From positions 4,340,001-4,404,000 of the forward strand of contig OZ281498.1 in assembly GCA_965637545.1 (NCBI GenBank): a stretch of 64,000 bases of DNA, read 5' to 3'. Under the pieces are notes generated by a model, which did not search any database, was not told the origin of the DNA, and was given only the letters and a program-made list of their open reading frames with translations. A program made the position numbers and the translations under genes. Origin of the DNA: Phallusia mammillata. Its lineage: Eukaryota. This document shows positions 22,702 through 36,650 of this stretch, piece by piece. Position 1 is the first letter of the stretch, and each line of letters begins with the position of its first letter.

Positions 22702-25700
22702 ATGAATGTATTATCTGAGGTCATTGTCGTTGTGGTGAGCTTGTGGATTCTAGAAGGAAACAAGGTTATCGCGTCATGCAACATGACGTCACCTTGCAGA
22801 CTGGTTGGTAAGTCTACAAATAATTTACACCAAATGTACAACTTAACTGATGTGATTTTGGAAATAAAAAAATACTTGTGATGGAGTGATAATGAATTTT
22901 GGTGACTGTGTAAGTCGAACTGCCCTCTGGTCAAACTTAAACAATGTCAGTTTGGTCGGTTACAAACATAGCGCAGACTGGTCATTTCCGGTTGCAACAT
23001 AGCGCAGACTGGTCATTTCCGGTTGCAACATGCGAAACATCCACTAAATGCATGGAAACTATTGTCTCAAAAGGTGAATCATTAAAAGTGAAACTGAAAT
23101 GTAATTGGCGAAAAATATTACAAACTAAGCAACAACATTCTTTTACCACAGTGGTTGCCAACTTTTTTGTTACATCCCTCCCTTTGCCCATCTCCGAACT
23201 ATTCATTCCTCCCTATAAGACGAAAAACAAATATAACATAAAATTTTTTAGCAATTTGAAATAGACCTTATAATTAAGGATGTCCATTCCAGAATCCTTT
23301 ACAACCGGTTTCAAATGTGAACCGGATCCAAATTATAATGGACATAATAATGCATAAACAAAAATATTATGTAACATTTCCAATGTAAATGTTTTTTTAC
23401 AGTTTTTATGAAATTTCTCCCCTGAACTCATAAAATTCCTCCCTAGGGAGGAATTCCTCCCCTGTTGGGAACCACTGGTTTACCATAATAATGTCATGCC
23501 AACATAGGGGAACTCCTATTTGTGCAACCACGACAAGTTCACAGTACAAACGGATTTCTGCGGTTGAACTTGTCTGTTGATGTCACCGAGCTGAAACTGG
23601 ATTGGCTGACAGTTCGAAGACGTAGCTACAACCGTGAAATTCCTGGACCAACTTGGAGAATCAAACCAGGAGACACTGTTAACTTAACATTGGTAGTTTG
23701 TTGTTTTTAATAGTTGTTGATTATACATAAGTTGTTTGTTAAGTGACGACAATCATGGTGAGTGAATCCAACAGTGAATATAAATTTTAATCGTTATAAA
23801 ACATCCCTACCCTAAAAAAACGTTTACAATTTTTTTACAAATCGTCATACATAGCCTTAATTTTTCCATCATATCTCCTTGCAGTAAAGCTTTGTACTGT
23901 CTGAAAGTTCACGTAACCCAGGTTACGAAATCCTCTTTTATACTGAAGTTAACATACTTCTGTACAAGTACAGTGCTTAAAAACTAGCTTGAATTACATG
24001 AGAACTTTACCAAAACAAAAAATTCCCTTTCAGACCAACAGATTGACCACTCCAGACTATTTTTCGCAACATAACAGTTTCCAGCTTCCAAACCACACTA
24101 ATATACACACTCACGGGTTACATATTAGCGGAATGGTAAGTGGTCATCCAAAGAATTTAAATTATAGATTATGTCGCTTATTGTGTCATAGAACTCTTGT
24201 GACAATGTCTTCCTCAACGTTACTCCTGATAATGGGCAGTATCACTACACATACCCGATCCTTTCATATCATTCGCCTGGTACGTATTGGTATCATCCAC
24301 ATTTACACGGATCCGTAAACTTACAGGTATAAGGGAAACAAGTACATCAACATCATGTTCAGTGAATAGTAAATGTACTTTTCAACAGACATACAGTGGA
24401 ATGTCTGGAATGATTATTGTAGAGGATTCGACGGATTTCAGAACGCCTCAGCACATACAGGATGTGTCATGTCCCAATAATTGTAAACACGATATCCAGT
24501 TGGTGTTCCAGCCACTTTTGATGTATTCTAAGGTGGCTGGAACAAAACATGACGGATTCGCTCATCTCCAAGTAGAAATGCACGACCCCTTATTCTCGTA
24601 AGGTCACCGAGTTGTAATGGATAAACTTTCAGCCTTACAATATTGGTTTAATAAGCACTAGAGATTCCCTCTTTTTTTAAATGCAACTTAAAAAAATCTT
24701 TTCGCTTTAGTGGAAAAATGCAACCAAACAGTACTTGAAGTTACGGTTAGTAATATTAAGGTCGCTTCAAAACGAGGCCGAAAAGCTCATCTATATAATC
24801 TCACCGTTTTGGCAGGCTCAATCGGACGATGATTAAAGGGTCAAAGAACGAAAGTTTGTTTGATTGGGTGACAGACGAAACCAACGGGGTTAACAACTTT
24901 ACTACTAATGGTCTACTTAATCCTGTCTTAAATTTGACTACTGGCGAAATTAAAAGATTCAGGTAATGCTGTTATATTACAGTTATTTATATAATTAACC
25001 CCAACCTGGAAACTATTTGTATTATTCTTTCCAGAATGGTAAACGCCGGAACAGCCTCAGTTTTAGAATTGTATATTTCGGATGAGCATTACAACTCGGC
25101 CTGTGATTTCTATGAGATCGCCATTGATGGAATTTATCTTGACCAAGCAACGCCGCCCCGATTTGGAAAAAGTTTTCTTGTGCCTGCTTCAAGGGTAGAC
25201 TGGTTGGTCGTCTGCAACAAACCAGGGACTTATTACGTACGTTGTCGTTTACAAGTAGAGTTTTTTAGCAACTGACTAACCCAACATGTTTGCAGCTAAA
25301 ATCTTACGCGCCCGAATTCGAAGACATTTCTACCGGTGAAATACAACGAATTAATGGGACTCTGCTCACGATTGTGGTCTCTGGTCCAACTACGACCACT
25401 TCCATACAAAGAGATCTTCCGAGGAGACCTGATTGTGTGTCAGATTTTCAGGATTTGACACAGGAAGAAGTACATGGACGCTTTGTTATCGAGGCGGGAA
25501 GTGGCTATACATTAAACCGAGAGTTATTTAAAAGCGAGGAATTTTGGAGGTAAATTTCAAGTTGTATATTTTAAACAACTTGAATAGGCTGCATGTACTG
25601 TGCAAGTGTCATGATTTAATTCCAACATAGAAACTTATCGACTTTAGCGCTGTCTTACCGAATCTGTGTTTAAGGTACAATGTGGAAGTGGACACTGTGC

Positions 25701-26969
25701 AGGAATGGTATCTGACAAACACTGATACGAAACAAAGCCACCCTATCCACATTCATGTCAACAGCTTTCAGGTATTGCCATATTGATAAGGAGTTTGACA
25801 AACATAAAGACATAACCAATCCATAGGTGATCAGCTACAATCCATACACTGGTCCGTTTGACAGCCAGAGTCAGAAGTACTGGAGCCAAGACAAGAAACC
25901 CTGCTTCTTTCAACACCAGGGATACAACGGTGAATAACAATCATACTTCACCAAACTTTTTTATCTATTTACGTTTACGTTAATTCTTGAAATAGTCTTT
26001 TATCTAGTATTCGTCATGTAATAAAAACGAAAAGTCTGTTTTCATAATTATGGTAATACAGGTCAAGCCTAAAGGTTCTTTTTAATTTTCACCTAATAGA
26101 AAATGAAAGAAGAGTGATTAATTACTTCACTTTTATTTGTTTCTTTTGTACCTATATTTATGTTACAACTGTTACATTTATTTGCAGAATCTATGAAAGT
26201 TCCCATGCCGAAAAATCCACTCAAGTATCTCGGTCACAATCAGCGCTGGAAGAACGGAAAAGGTGGTCCTGAGACCATTGGCCTTTCCCAGCCTGGAGTG
26301 TTTCGTGACGTCATCCTGGTGCCACCATTATCAAACATAACAGTGAACACCTGATTACGAACCCAGACAATTCATAGTTGCGTGACGGCATCTGTAATTA
26401 TTTTTTAGATCCGATTTAAGACAGACAAGTTTATTGGTACCGTTGTGATACATTGCCATATTTTGCCACATGAAGACTTGGGAATGATGATGACCGTCAA
26501 CATTTTACCGAAAGGTGTGATAAATATTAGTCTAATTTTCTGGAAACTTTTTGCTTACTCTTTTTAACTTGCTTTGTTATACTGAGATTATTTTACTTTG
26601 CAACACTTTATACGGACTTCCTGTGCCGTGTTCTATCTGTGATGTCACCCACACTTGTGTATGCCTTTTTCCTGAGTGCTTATATAAACACTGTTGCAAG
26701 CTTATTTTGTAATCTGCATTGATAACAACAGCGATTGTTTAAACTTCTCCACTAAGATGTATTATATATACACGCTCCTTGATAGTTGCGTTTTTAACTA
26801 AGCTACTTTATTTTCTCGATAAGGTTCGGACCTTAACCAACAAGTGTCGGTTAAATCGGGAAATGCGTATCCAGGAACCTGCAATGAATGTGATGCTTTT
26901 CCTTTCAATGCTGAAAGTCCTTGCAATGGCGAGCCTAATTCGTTTTTACGAACAGTCAGGTTTCATTAA
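22702..26969 (+). CDS. Secreted multicopper oxidase, copy 2 (recent tandem paralogue of copy 1), 13 exons
   Basis: Signal peptide MNVLSEVIVVVVSLWILEGNKVIA. Motifs TNIHTHGLH, GTYWYHPHLHGS, HPIHIHVNSFQ and IHCHILPHEDLGMM. Same intron positions as copy 1. TAA at 26967-26969. Confidence 0.92.
23149..23477. mobile_element. hAT MITE in MCO2 intron 1
   Basis: TIRs CAGTGGTTGCCAAC / GTTGGGAACCACTG. 8-bp TSD TTTTACCA / GTTTACCA (7/8). A truncated inverted copy lies at about 46262-46487. Confidence 0.88.
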
Positions 26970-27829
26970 AATCAAATTTCCAAGTTTTTTTGAAAATGTA
27001 TTTGTTGATATTTAGGTGGTTGATGTGTTTATTGTTTAAATTAAACCAATCATTGGACTTTTTAGCACAGGATAAAACGTATGATCATTCCATGTTAAAT
27101 CTCATTTTAAATTTCGTCTATGAAGTTCTTCGTTATAATATTTATTTTCGACTTTATCGTACCGTTTAGAAAAGTGTTTGACAGATTTTGGTGCCCATTT
27201 TCTCTTTTTTTAAATTCGCGGTGCCCTACTTACACTATTATTATTTTCTATACGAATAATGTCGAAAATTCTTGACATGCCACTGAAACCATTCCTTACT
27301 ATAGGCTTTAAAACCCATGAATTCAGGAATCACTTTCACTATACATTTTTGTTTATGGTGTCGCCTTTTCAACGCAATTGGCATATTTATGGTTTTGATT
27401 TTGTGAGCTTCTTACTTTGCACGTACAATTATTTCACGAGAATAAGTAAGACATGAGCACAGACTTTTGTAGTATGTCCAAATCGTAAAGTTTTAATTAA
27501 AATGAGCTCTAATTTTGTAGTTTTGCAAATACAATCATTACTACAAGACGATCCAAACAAATTATGTGATGTTGTTGAAATTAAATTACTTAAAGGAACA
27601 AAGCAATCTTATCCGTCAAAAATAGTTTTATCACTTTTTTTTAGAAGTATAACAAATAAAACACACAGTTATCAATATAGTAGATACATGGTTATGATTT
27701 ATAAGTTTAATTGTTGAGAATCCACTGCAGCCAATAAGTTGACAGTGTCAAGAGAACGATCAACCATCTGAAATGAGACAATGCATTAATTAGTACCTAT
27801 AAAGGCCAAGTTTGTAACCTATTTGTTAA

Positions 27830-30800
27830 CTAGTAAAATGACCTGTCAAGTATGAGGTGAGAAGCTGAACCCGACTGTACACATTGACTCCTGTTGTTAA
27901 AGGGAAATGGATCACATTCATCACATGTTCCTGGATAGGCGTCGCCTGATCTTACTGATACGTTGGCGTTCAAATCTGACCCTATAATAAAATAACTGAT
28001 GCAAAATGTCCAAAACAATTTCAATGTATGTTACATTAATAAATAAAGGTATATACAACTCACCTTTTGGCAAAATCCGAACGGTAGTCATCATTCCAAA
28101 ATCTTCGTGGATCAAAATGTGGCAATGTATAACAACATCTCCAATAAACTTGTTGGTCATGAATCGAATCTAAAAATAGCAGCTTTGGTTAAAGCCTAAA
28201 TGTATATGAATGTCCCAAATCACGAGTGTGTAACTTGTGACCAACTAAAGAATGCAGTGCAAGCGCGCGATGTCAAAATCTAATTTGTTTCAAATCAAGG
28301 GAATTTTAGTTTCGTTTTCAAAGGTTATAGTTTTCTGCAACCTAACATTGCGGCTAGAATCACTTTCGAATTATATCAGATGTTAATTTATTATATGCAA
28401 GTTTGGTACGCAATGAGGTAAAGTCAACATGTGTTATACAAAGGTACGGTCCGAGTTCATATCATGGTGGCTGTGTTTGACTCGTTATTGGTAACGTTGT
28501 ACAGCTCTGCCCTAAAACTTGTTTACTGTGATGTTGGACAACGGTGGCACCAGGATGACGTCACGGAAAACTCCAGGCTGCGAGAGACCAATGGTTTCAG
28601 GTCCACCGTTTCCATCCTTCCAGCGCTTTTCATGGCCGAGATACCTGAGCGGATCTTTTGGTATTTGGACGTCGGCGGATTCTATTGTGCAAGAAAGCAA
28701 AAAAGCGATTGTATAGCAAAGTGAATCAATCATTAAACAAGTAAAGAATATACCGTTGTAGCCTCCAAATTGATAGAAGCAAGGTTCCATCTTCTGATTC
28801 CAGTACTTCATGCTGTTGCTATCGAATGGACCGGTATAAGCGTTGTAACTAATAACCTGTACATTAATGTTGGAAGATTATGAGTGATATAGTTGTGAGT
28901 TTCAAGGTTTGCAAATTTTATTATGGGATATTTTACTTGAAAGCTGTTGACGTGAATATGAATTGGGTGGCTTTCAACTGTTCCTGTGTTGGTAAGATAC
29001 CATTCCTGGACTGTGTCAACTTCCACATTATACCTAAAACAAACAACAGTTTTGAAACAAGAGAACATTTAGCCCTGTGAGGGGATACACATATGTGTCA
29101 AGTATATAGTTTTTTAAGTTACCTCAAATTTATCTTTTGTGTGTTTAATCAATTATGTTGAATTACATGTACATAGTGTGTTATGCAAACATTTAAATAT
29201 CCTTTAGCTCGTTTACAAATATCCATTTCATTTTTTAGTGAAACAAACTACTGATTATAACCTCCAGAATTCTTCGTTTTTAAAATACTCTCTGTTCAGT
29301 GTGATTCCTCCACCAGCTTCGAGTACAAAACGACCATGGACTTGATCTTGAGTTAAATTTCGAAAATCTGACACATACTCGGGTCGTTTAGGAAGCTCGC
29401 TGGGAATGGTAGTTTTTGTTTCTGGCCCAGTTGCTACGATTGTAAGAAGGGTTCCGTTATATCTAGAAATCTTCGCTGTGGAAATCATCTCGAAATCTGG
29501 GGCGTAAGACTTTAACTGAAAAAACATAAGCTGGTCATCATTATGAAACCTGAAGGTGTTTTTCTGTAAAACAAACTCACATAGTAGGTCCCGGGTTTGT
29601 TGCAGACAATCAACCAGTCTATTCTTGAAGCAGGAACAACGAAGCTTTTTCCAAATCGTGGACGAGTTGGATTGTCCAGATAAACTCCATCGACAGCGAT
29701 CTCATAGAAATCACAAGCCGAGTTGTTATGCTCATCCGCCACAAACAACTCTAAAACTTGTCTTGCTCCTGCATTAACCATCCTATGATAAAAGCAACCG
29801 AAGTTTTGTTGGAGATATCGTTAATGACAGATGATTTCAATTTTACCTAAACCGTTTTACTTGTCCTGTAATGATGTTTAAGACAGGATTCAACTGTCCG
29901 TTTGTAGTAAAATTTTCCACACCATTTTTAGTATTATTGATCCAATCCAGAAGAGTTTTGTTACCTGCTCCTTTAATTCTGGTCCTATTGAGTCTGTAAA
30001 ATGGGATTGCGCCTATCACTTTAGATCAAAAGTACTCGAAAATATTCATAAATTCCATGAAAAAATGGATCAGGTGTAAATATACGTAAACTTGTTGTTT
30101 GAGCTGTTGCAGTTGTAGATGAGCTTGTTAAAAAAACTAATATTATTCTTAACGCCATTGCTTTACACCCAACTGTATTCAGAATGTAAGTGGGCCTAGA
30201 AATCAGTAATTTAGCAAAGTTTGTCATTAACAAACCGTCCCGCGTTCGGCGTATTAGTGTATCACCTATCACCTATATACAAGGTTGCCATCGACATGGA
30301 CCCAACATGCCCGGTTCTCAGCCAAACATGCGGTTCGTCCGTTTAAACTGTGGTTTAAAGTTTTATAAAATTAGAGTGATTTAAAAAATCAATTGTAGCT
30401 CTGTTGGAGCATTTTTCGTCATATCTGAGCTGCATTTTAAATAAAGCATTGCTTACGTGAAAAGTCGGTCGTGCATCGATTGTTGGGCAGATGCGAATCC
30501 ACGGCCAGTATAAAAGAGCAAGGATTGAAATATCAGCTGCACATCATGTTCGCATTTGCCTGGACACGATGCATCAAGTAAGTGCTGAGGTGTTGTAGAG
30601 TCAGTTGGATCCTCAACAATAATCATTCCCGACATTCCACTATTCGTCTGCACAAAGTAGATTTAGAGGCTTTTGTTAGGAAACTGACAATGCTAGAAAT
30701 GTTCTTAACTTTTTGAAAAATCCCACCTGAAAGTCTACTGATCCATGTAGATGAGGATGGTACCAATAGGTTCCTGCTGGATGATCAGAAACTATAGGAT

Positions 30801-32338
30801 AGTTGTAATGATACTGTCCATTTTCTGGTGTCACGTTCACAAAGACGTTGTCATGGGGGCGCTGTAAGTTATAGTATTTGTTTAAAACATTTAATTTATC
30901 TAATAAAGTATCTTACCAGTCCGCTGATGTGTAAGCCGTGCGTGTGGATGTTTGTATGATTCGGAAATTGCAAGTTGTTGTGTTTTGAAACGAAATCTGG
31001 TTTTTGTAGCTTGTTGGTCTGTTTAAAGAAACTGTTTTATAGATCTTTTGAGATGAACATAAATTCATAAGTGGGATCAGCCCTGAAGCGTCTATGCAGA
31101 TCTTTAATATGATTACCTATGTAGATATATAAAAAAGTCAAAAACTACATCAGCTCTGTTGGCTGCCTAATATTAAACAAACGCACTCATATGACTGTTT
31201 CTGTGGAGTAGGTTGTGCCTACTTTTTAATTGCACTCGTTTACACAAGGCCTTGGATGACATGACACCAATGTGGGTGTTTAACCTACGCAAAGTATGCG
31301 GAAATGATTTACTTACGCAATAGGAAGTTCCTAAATTAAAATTTTGGAAAACCACCACTTTTAAACTATATTGTTGTTGCATATTGGCATCGGAATATCT
31401 ATCTCATTTACTTTGTCCTACACCGCTTTAATCAGTGGTTCTTAACCTGTGAGCAAATTTTGTTATTGTAAATTTTATGGCGCGAATACCAATGTTAGGT
31501 TCACTACATCTCCTGCTTTAATACACCACGTCGGTCCTGGAAATTCCCCGTTGTAGCTTCGTCTGGAAAGTGTTAGCCAATCCACTGTGAACTCACCGAC
31601 TTGTACCGAAAGATTCAGTTGCAGAAACCCATTTGAAGAATGAATCTGTCGGGGCTGGACTAAAGGAAGTCCTCCTGCAAATAGAACCATAATCTTTGTA
31701 GTGCATATAAACTGAACAATAATATGCACATAAAAAGAAAAATCCCCGCTTGCGGAGGTAATAGCAATGGCTTTTCAGAGCCAACTAATCAAGTTTCATC
31801 ACTACGAAACCATTCCGTTGTGCCATATTTGAAAGTGAACAACGTCTAAGTTCGAGAAACTTTTTTCGGTCAAGAACTTTAAACCAGACGCATTTCCTGC
31901 TGTTTTTGTAAAGTTTACCCCTTAGAAGATTTTAAAGATAAAGGTCGCCCCCAAGCGTCTTTAACCTATTTACAATGCGCTCCCAACTGATTTTTACTCA
32001 CAAAATTTTCATTAAACCATGTCATATTAACCACCTGGAGGTCCGTTTACCTCTTTTTTAAGAACCTATATGTGTTTTTTTTGTTTTTACTTTTAGATGA
32101 TTTACTTTTAGATGACTATTTTGCTTTTAGATGATTACCCTCCAAAAAACACTACGTTGCCAGTCGCTCTGTCACAAGGTGCACTTTTTCAAAATTTTAA
32201 GCTCATGCATAGCCTAATACGCTTAAATGACTTACCCTTGAGCTTACATGGGGAAGTCTTACTGCATGTATCGGTTCCCGACACATTAGTTTGGAAGAGC
32301 GGAAAACAAATTACACAAAATGCAATAATGTATTTCAT
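27830..32338 (-). CDS. Secreted multicopper oxidase, copy 3, 13 exons
   Basis: ATG at 32338 (MKYIIAFCVICFPLFQTNVSGTDTCSKTSPCKLKG). Motifs TNIHTHGLH, GTYWYHPHLHGS, HPIHIHVNSFQ and IHCHILIHEDFGMM. Ends GTCDECDPFPFNNRSQC...RSFY*. Confidence 0.92.
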
Positions 32339-33614
32339 GTTTATTACATTCAAACTTAAAAAACGTATATCATCAAACCAAACGCTATTTTTAGTTTCTA
32401 ATTACATAATATCTATGAAAAACAATAGTCTCTACTTCCACTGTACAACTGACCACCTTTTGCAAGTAAAGTCGGTATTACAACGCTGATATAGCCATAC
32501 GTAGGGGTTGTTTGTGGTGTGGAAAATCCTATGAGCAACAAAGCATTGCAAAACATTGCCCACTATTGATGCAAACATTACTCATCTTTGGAGGTGGAAT
32601 GAGAAATGGCTGGGATTTCATTGTTGATTTACTCCTTCACTTTGAGGAAGTGCAAAGTAACAGCTATTTTTACAAACTAGCTGTTTTTGCATGAAACGTG
32701 TTTCAACATCGCTTTACTTGCCAAACTTTTGTTGCAGTAAACGCAAGAAGGCTAAAAGTTAATTTCTAAACATATTATCTAAAGTTTGTCACAGCGCACT
32801 GCTCCCCAACGTTAAAAACTTTTCTCGACACTATTGCACCATACATGCATTGTGACGTTAGATTTCCAAACCTTTGTCCTGTTTTTCATGGTTTCTTTCC
32901 TTTCTAAAGTGCAGTCTAACCGCAGTTGTTTTTAGTGTGTAATGGTAAGTTCATTTATGTACTACCCTACCAGTTAGATTGTTTTAACCCTGCACGTATT
33001 TTGCTGGTCTGTTTAAATTAAGTAGGCAAACTTTGTTCAAAATCCGGCTATCTTTCAAATCATTAACGGGCGCACATTGAACTGTTTGACTAAACAGAAG
33101 AATGGAAAGTTGATTGTACAGCGATTTTCAATAAAGGTATCTAGTTTTGTCTCGTTTTTTTGCTTGCTTGATTGTGCCTTCTATTTTGGTTCAATATTTT
33201 CTTGCTAAAGCTATGATGCATTATTTTATTGCTAAATCTATAAAGTAGTAATTGTTGATTGATTTCTTTACTCTTGATTGGTTCCTCTTAACTAACTAGT
33301 ATTAAGTCTGTAACCCTTATCGATACCAGTAAAAATCACAACATTTCAATCATACAAATACATTTTGATTTGAACTTATAAGCTCGTTTTTATGTACGCT
33401 AATTCAGTTGTATAAAATTGATATTATAGTATGTACACTTTAGATTTAGAATATCAATTAGGTCGTTAGTGATCCTAAAAATAACTTTATTTTGTAAAAT
33501 GCAGACTTGACTATCAAGACCATTGTCATGAGATAAGCAAAAAAACTACACTAGCGAAACGAAATATCTGTACTATAATTATATTTTGTTTCTGAAGAGT
33601 GCCCCCATCTCGTA

Positions 33615-36600
33615 TTAGTTGGGCCGGTTAGCCCCTCCAGGCGGTGTTGATTGCGGCGGCTGGTTTGTTTGGGTGTCTATGGGGTTGGGAATGGGTAGAG
33701 CCACCGGCTTTGGCCTTTGCTGCAGGTTAGCCAGTGTCAATGGCGTAGGTGCCGATGACACACACTGACTACCGTTGTTAGGCGGAAACGGATCGCAACG
33801 CTGACAAGTGCCAGGGTAGGCGTTTCCGGAAGTGACGTTGGCAGAGAGGACTTCACCTGAAGCAACAAACACAAACAGTCATGTCGGTTTCATGATTTGT
33901 TCACAAACAAAACACAAATCACAGCATACCATACCTTGGTTTACTATATCGGTCACCATCATCATTCCAGAGTCTTCGTGCCCTAGAATGTGACAATGGA
34001 TCGTGACGTCGCCGAGGTATTTGTTGGTCATAAAGCGAACCTGTCGAGATAAAAACAGTTCAAAACCTCAGTTCTGACATTCTAGTTGCAATATGACTCT
34101 TCTGCAGACCGTAATATTGGAAAGAGGTGGAACCAGTAGTGTGTCACGGTAGACCCCTGCGTTCGAATATCCAAGTGTTCCAGTACCACCTTGGGCCCAC
34201 CTCTTGTCATGTCCCAGATACTTTAGAGGGTCAGAAGGGATATTGACAATGTCGGAACCTGTTGGAATACAAAAACATGCATCAGATAGCCCGCAACGTC
34301 ATTAACCCACGATTATAACTTTCGTACTATTATATTCGGCATGTTGATAGTAGCAGGTATTATTTTGTTGATCCCAATATTTCCATTTATTTGTGGTTTT
34401 GTTTTGGCCATCGAAAGGTCCAGTGTATGGGTTGTAGCTAATCACCTAAAAACGGAGTTGTTAACTGGTTAAGCAAAAAACGCTACTGCGGCTTTAAGCT
34501 ACTTGTTACTTGGTTAGTTACTGGCAAAAATTCGTTCTTTGGACTTTTGGAGAACATAGCCCATGGAGACCATTGCTTTATTTCAATGACAAACCTGAAA
34601 ACTATTGACGTGAATATGGATAGGATGGCTGCTGGTGGTTCCAGTGTTGGTGAGATACCACTCCTGCAGTTTGTTTACCTCAACCTTGTACCTGCATCAG
34701 ACACGAATCGTCATGATGTAAAACAAACTGTCAAAAAGAAACCAACTATAAAATGGCTTAATACCTCCAGTACGTTCCGTTTGAAAACAGATCACGATTT
34801 AGAGTTTTTTGTGAGGAGGCTTCGATCATGAACCGTCCGTGTACTTCACTATCACTGGCGTTTCGGAAATCAGCCTGGTACCAAGGTCGTGCCGGCAATG
34901 TTGTATTGATTGAAGTGTTAGTGATTGATCCTGATACTGAAAGAGTTAGTAACGTCCCGTTGTAACGAGCTGCGTTGCCGATCGATGGATCATCGGAAGG
35001 TGAAGCCAAAGATGTAAGCTACAATGAAATGTCAGTTTTGGGTTTCATACCTGTTATGATAAAAACTAGTAAACTCACGTAAAATGTTCCCGGTTTGTTG
35101 CAAACAATCAACCAGTCGACCTTTGCTGCTGGGACTATGAAGCTTTTCCCAAGATGTGCGGGGGTTGCTTTGTCCATGTAAACGCCGTCCCAAGCGATTT
35201 CATACCACTCGCAGGCCGGATTTCCGTTTGCGTCGATAACAAACAGTTCAAGCGTAGGTCCGCCTCCAGCATTTACCAGTCTATACAGTCAAAAGGTGTT
35301 TTTTTACAACGAAACCCAGAGAAAAAATATGCGTCGTACCTGAAACGTTTGGTCTGTCCTGTTGGTAGATACAAAACTGGATTTAACCGGCCATTTGTAG
35401 TAAAGTTGTTCACACCGTTGTTGGGGTCGATCATCCAATCGTACAATGTCTCGTTAGTGCCGGTAACATTATAATTCTTTAACCTGATCAAAAACACACA
35501 ACATTTAACAGAATCAAGTTTTGTGTTAACCAAGGCCAAAGCGAACTTACATAAACAAGTTGTCTGCAATTTCGATCTGAAGTTTGGCGAATCCGCCTCC
35601 CGAGTAAAGCATCGTCGGTTGCATGATCAACTGTACATCATGCTCACAATGGTTCGGACAGGATACATCTTGCAAATGCTGTGGCGTGCTGGCGTTGGTT
35701 GGATCCTCGACAATAATCATCCCTCCCATTCCTCCATTAGTCTATAAGATTTTTCCTTATAGTATATTTGCCTAAACTAAACAATACACTAATACGAATG
35801 CAAAAAAGTTTTTTTGTGCACTGGTTTATGCAATGGGATATTTGCACCAAAAAAACTTTTCAACATAACCAGTACATAAACATATTTAGTGCAAAGTAAC
35901 AACTTATACCTGAAACTCGACTGATCCGTGCAAATGGGGATGGTACCAATATGTTCCTGACGGGTGTTCTGATTCCACTGGATAGTTATAGTCGAAATGC
36001 GAGTTGTTGGGGTAAATTTGAATGAACACATTGTCATGAGGTACCTATAACACCGTGTTCATTTTTTAAACAATTATCGAAAATTTAGATTCACACCATT
36101 TTTTACCTCTCCGCTTATATGCAGTCCGTGCGTGTGGATGTTAGTGCTATTCGGAAATCGTTTCCCGTTATTCGGTTCATCTTTTTCCGGGAATGTAAGA
36201 AGGTCAGTCTGTAAAAGACACAAGGCTTTTAATTGTCCTATTTTTTGACACTACATAAAATATATATTTAACCTACCAATGTTAAATTGACGGTGTCACC
36301 AGGCTTTACACGCCATGTTGGCCCTGGAATCATTTTATTGTAGCTACGTCTGTTCAATGTAAGCCAATCAACGGTGAACGGTGTCACTTCCAAATTAAAA
36401 TTGACTTTCAGAAATCCATTGGAAGAAACAAGATGTTCGGGTAGTGTTAAGTTAAGTCCGCCTGGAAAAGATTTAGATTTAGTGGTTCTTAAATTTTTCT
36501 GTATTTTTGCTAATACTTTCAGTATAAGTATTTTTCAAGAAGCTTACCTTTCAGCTTGCACGGCGACGTATAGTTGCATGCTTGTAGAGTAGGTGTGGCA

Positions 36601-36650
36601 GATTTTAGCAAAACAGCCACAACCAGCCACAAATAAACCTCTCGAGCCAT
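33615..36650 (-). CDS. Secreted multicopper oxidase, copy 4 (most divergent, Pro/Gln-rich tail), 13 exons
   Basis: ATG at 36650 (MAREVYLWLVVAVLLKSATPTLQACNYTSPCKLKG). Motifs TNIHTHGLH, GTYWYHPHLHGS, HPIHIHVNSFQ and IHCHILGHEDSGMM. Ends GTCQRCDPFPPNNGSQC...QPPQSTPPGGANRPN*. Confidence 0.92.

Noticed and set aside
16072-36650. Bacterial contamination as the source of the bacterial-like oxidases
   Set aside because: Twelve conserved spliceosomal introns per gene, host-like composition, host MITE insertions and contiguity with animal genes.
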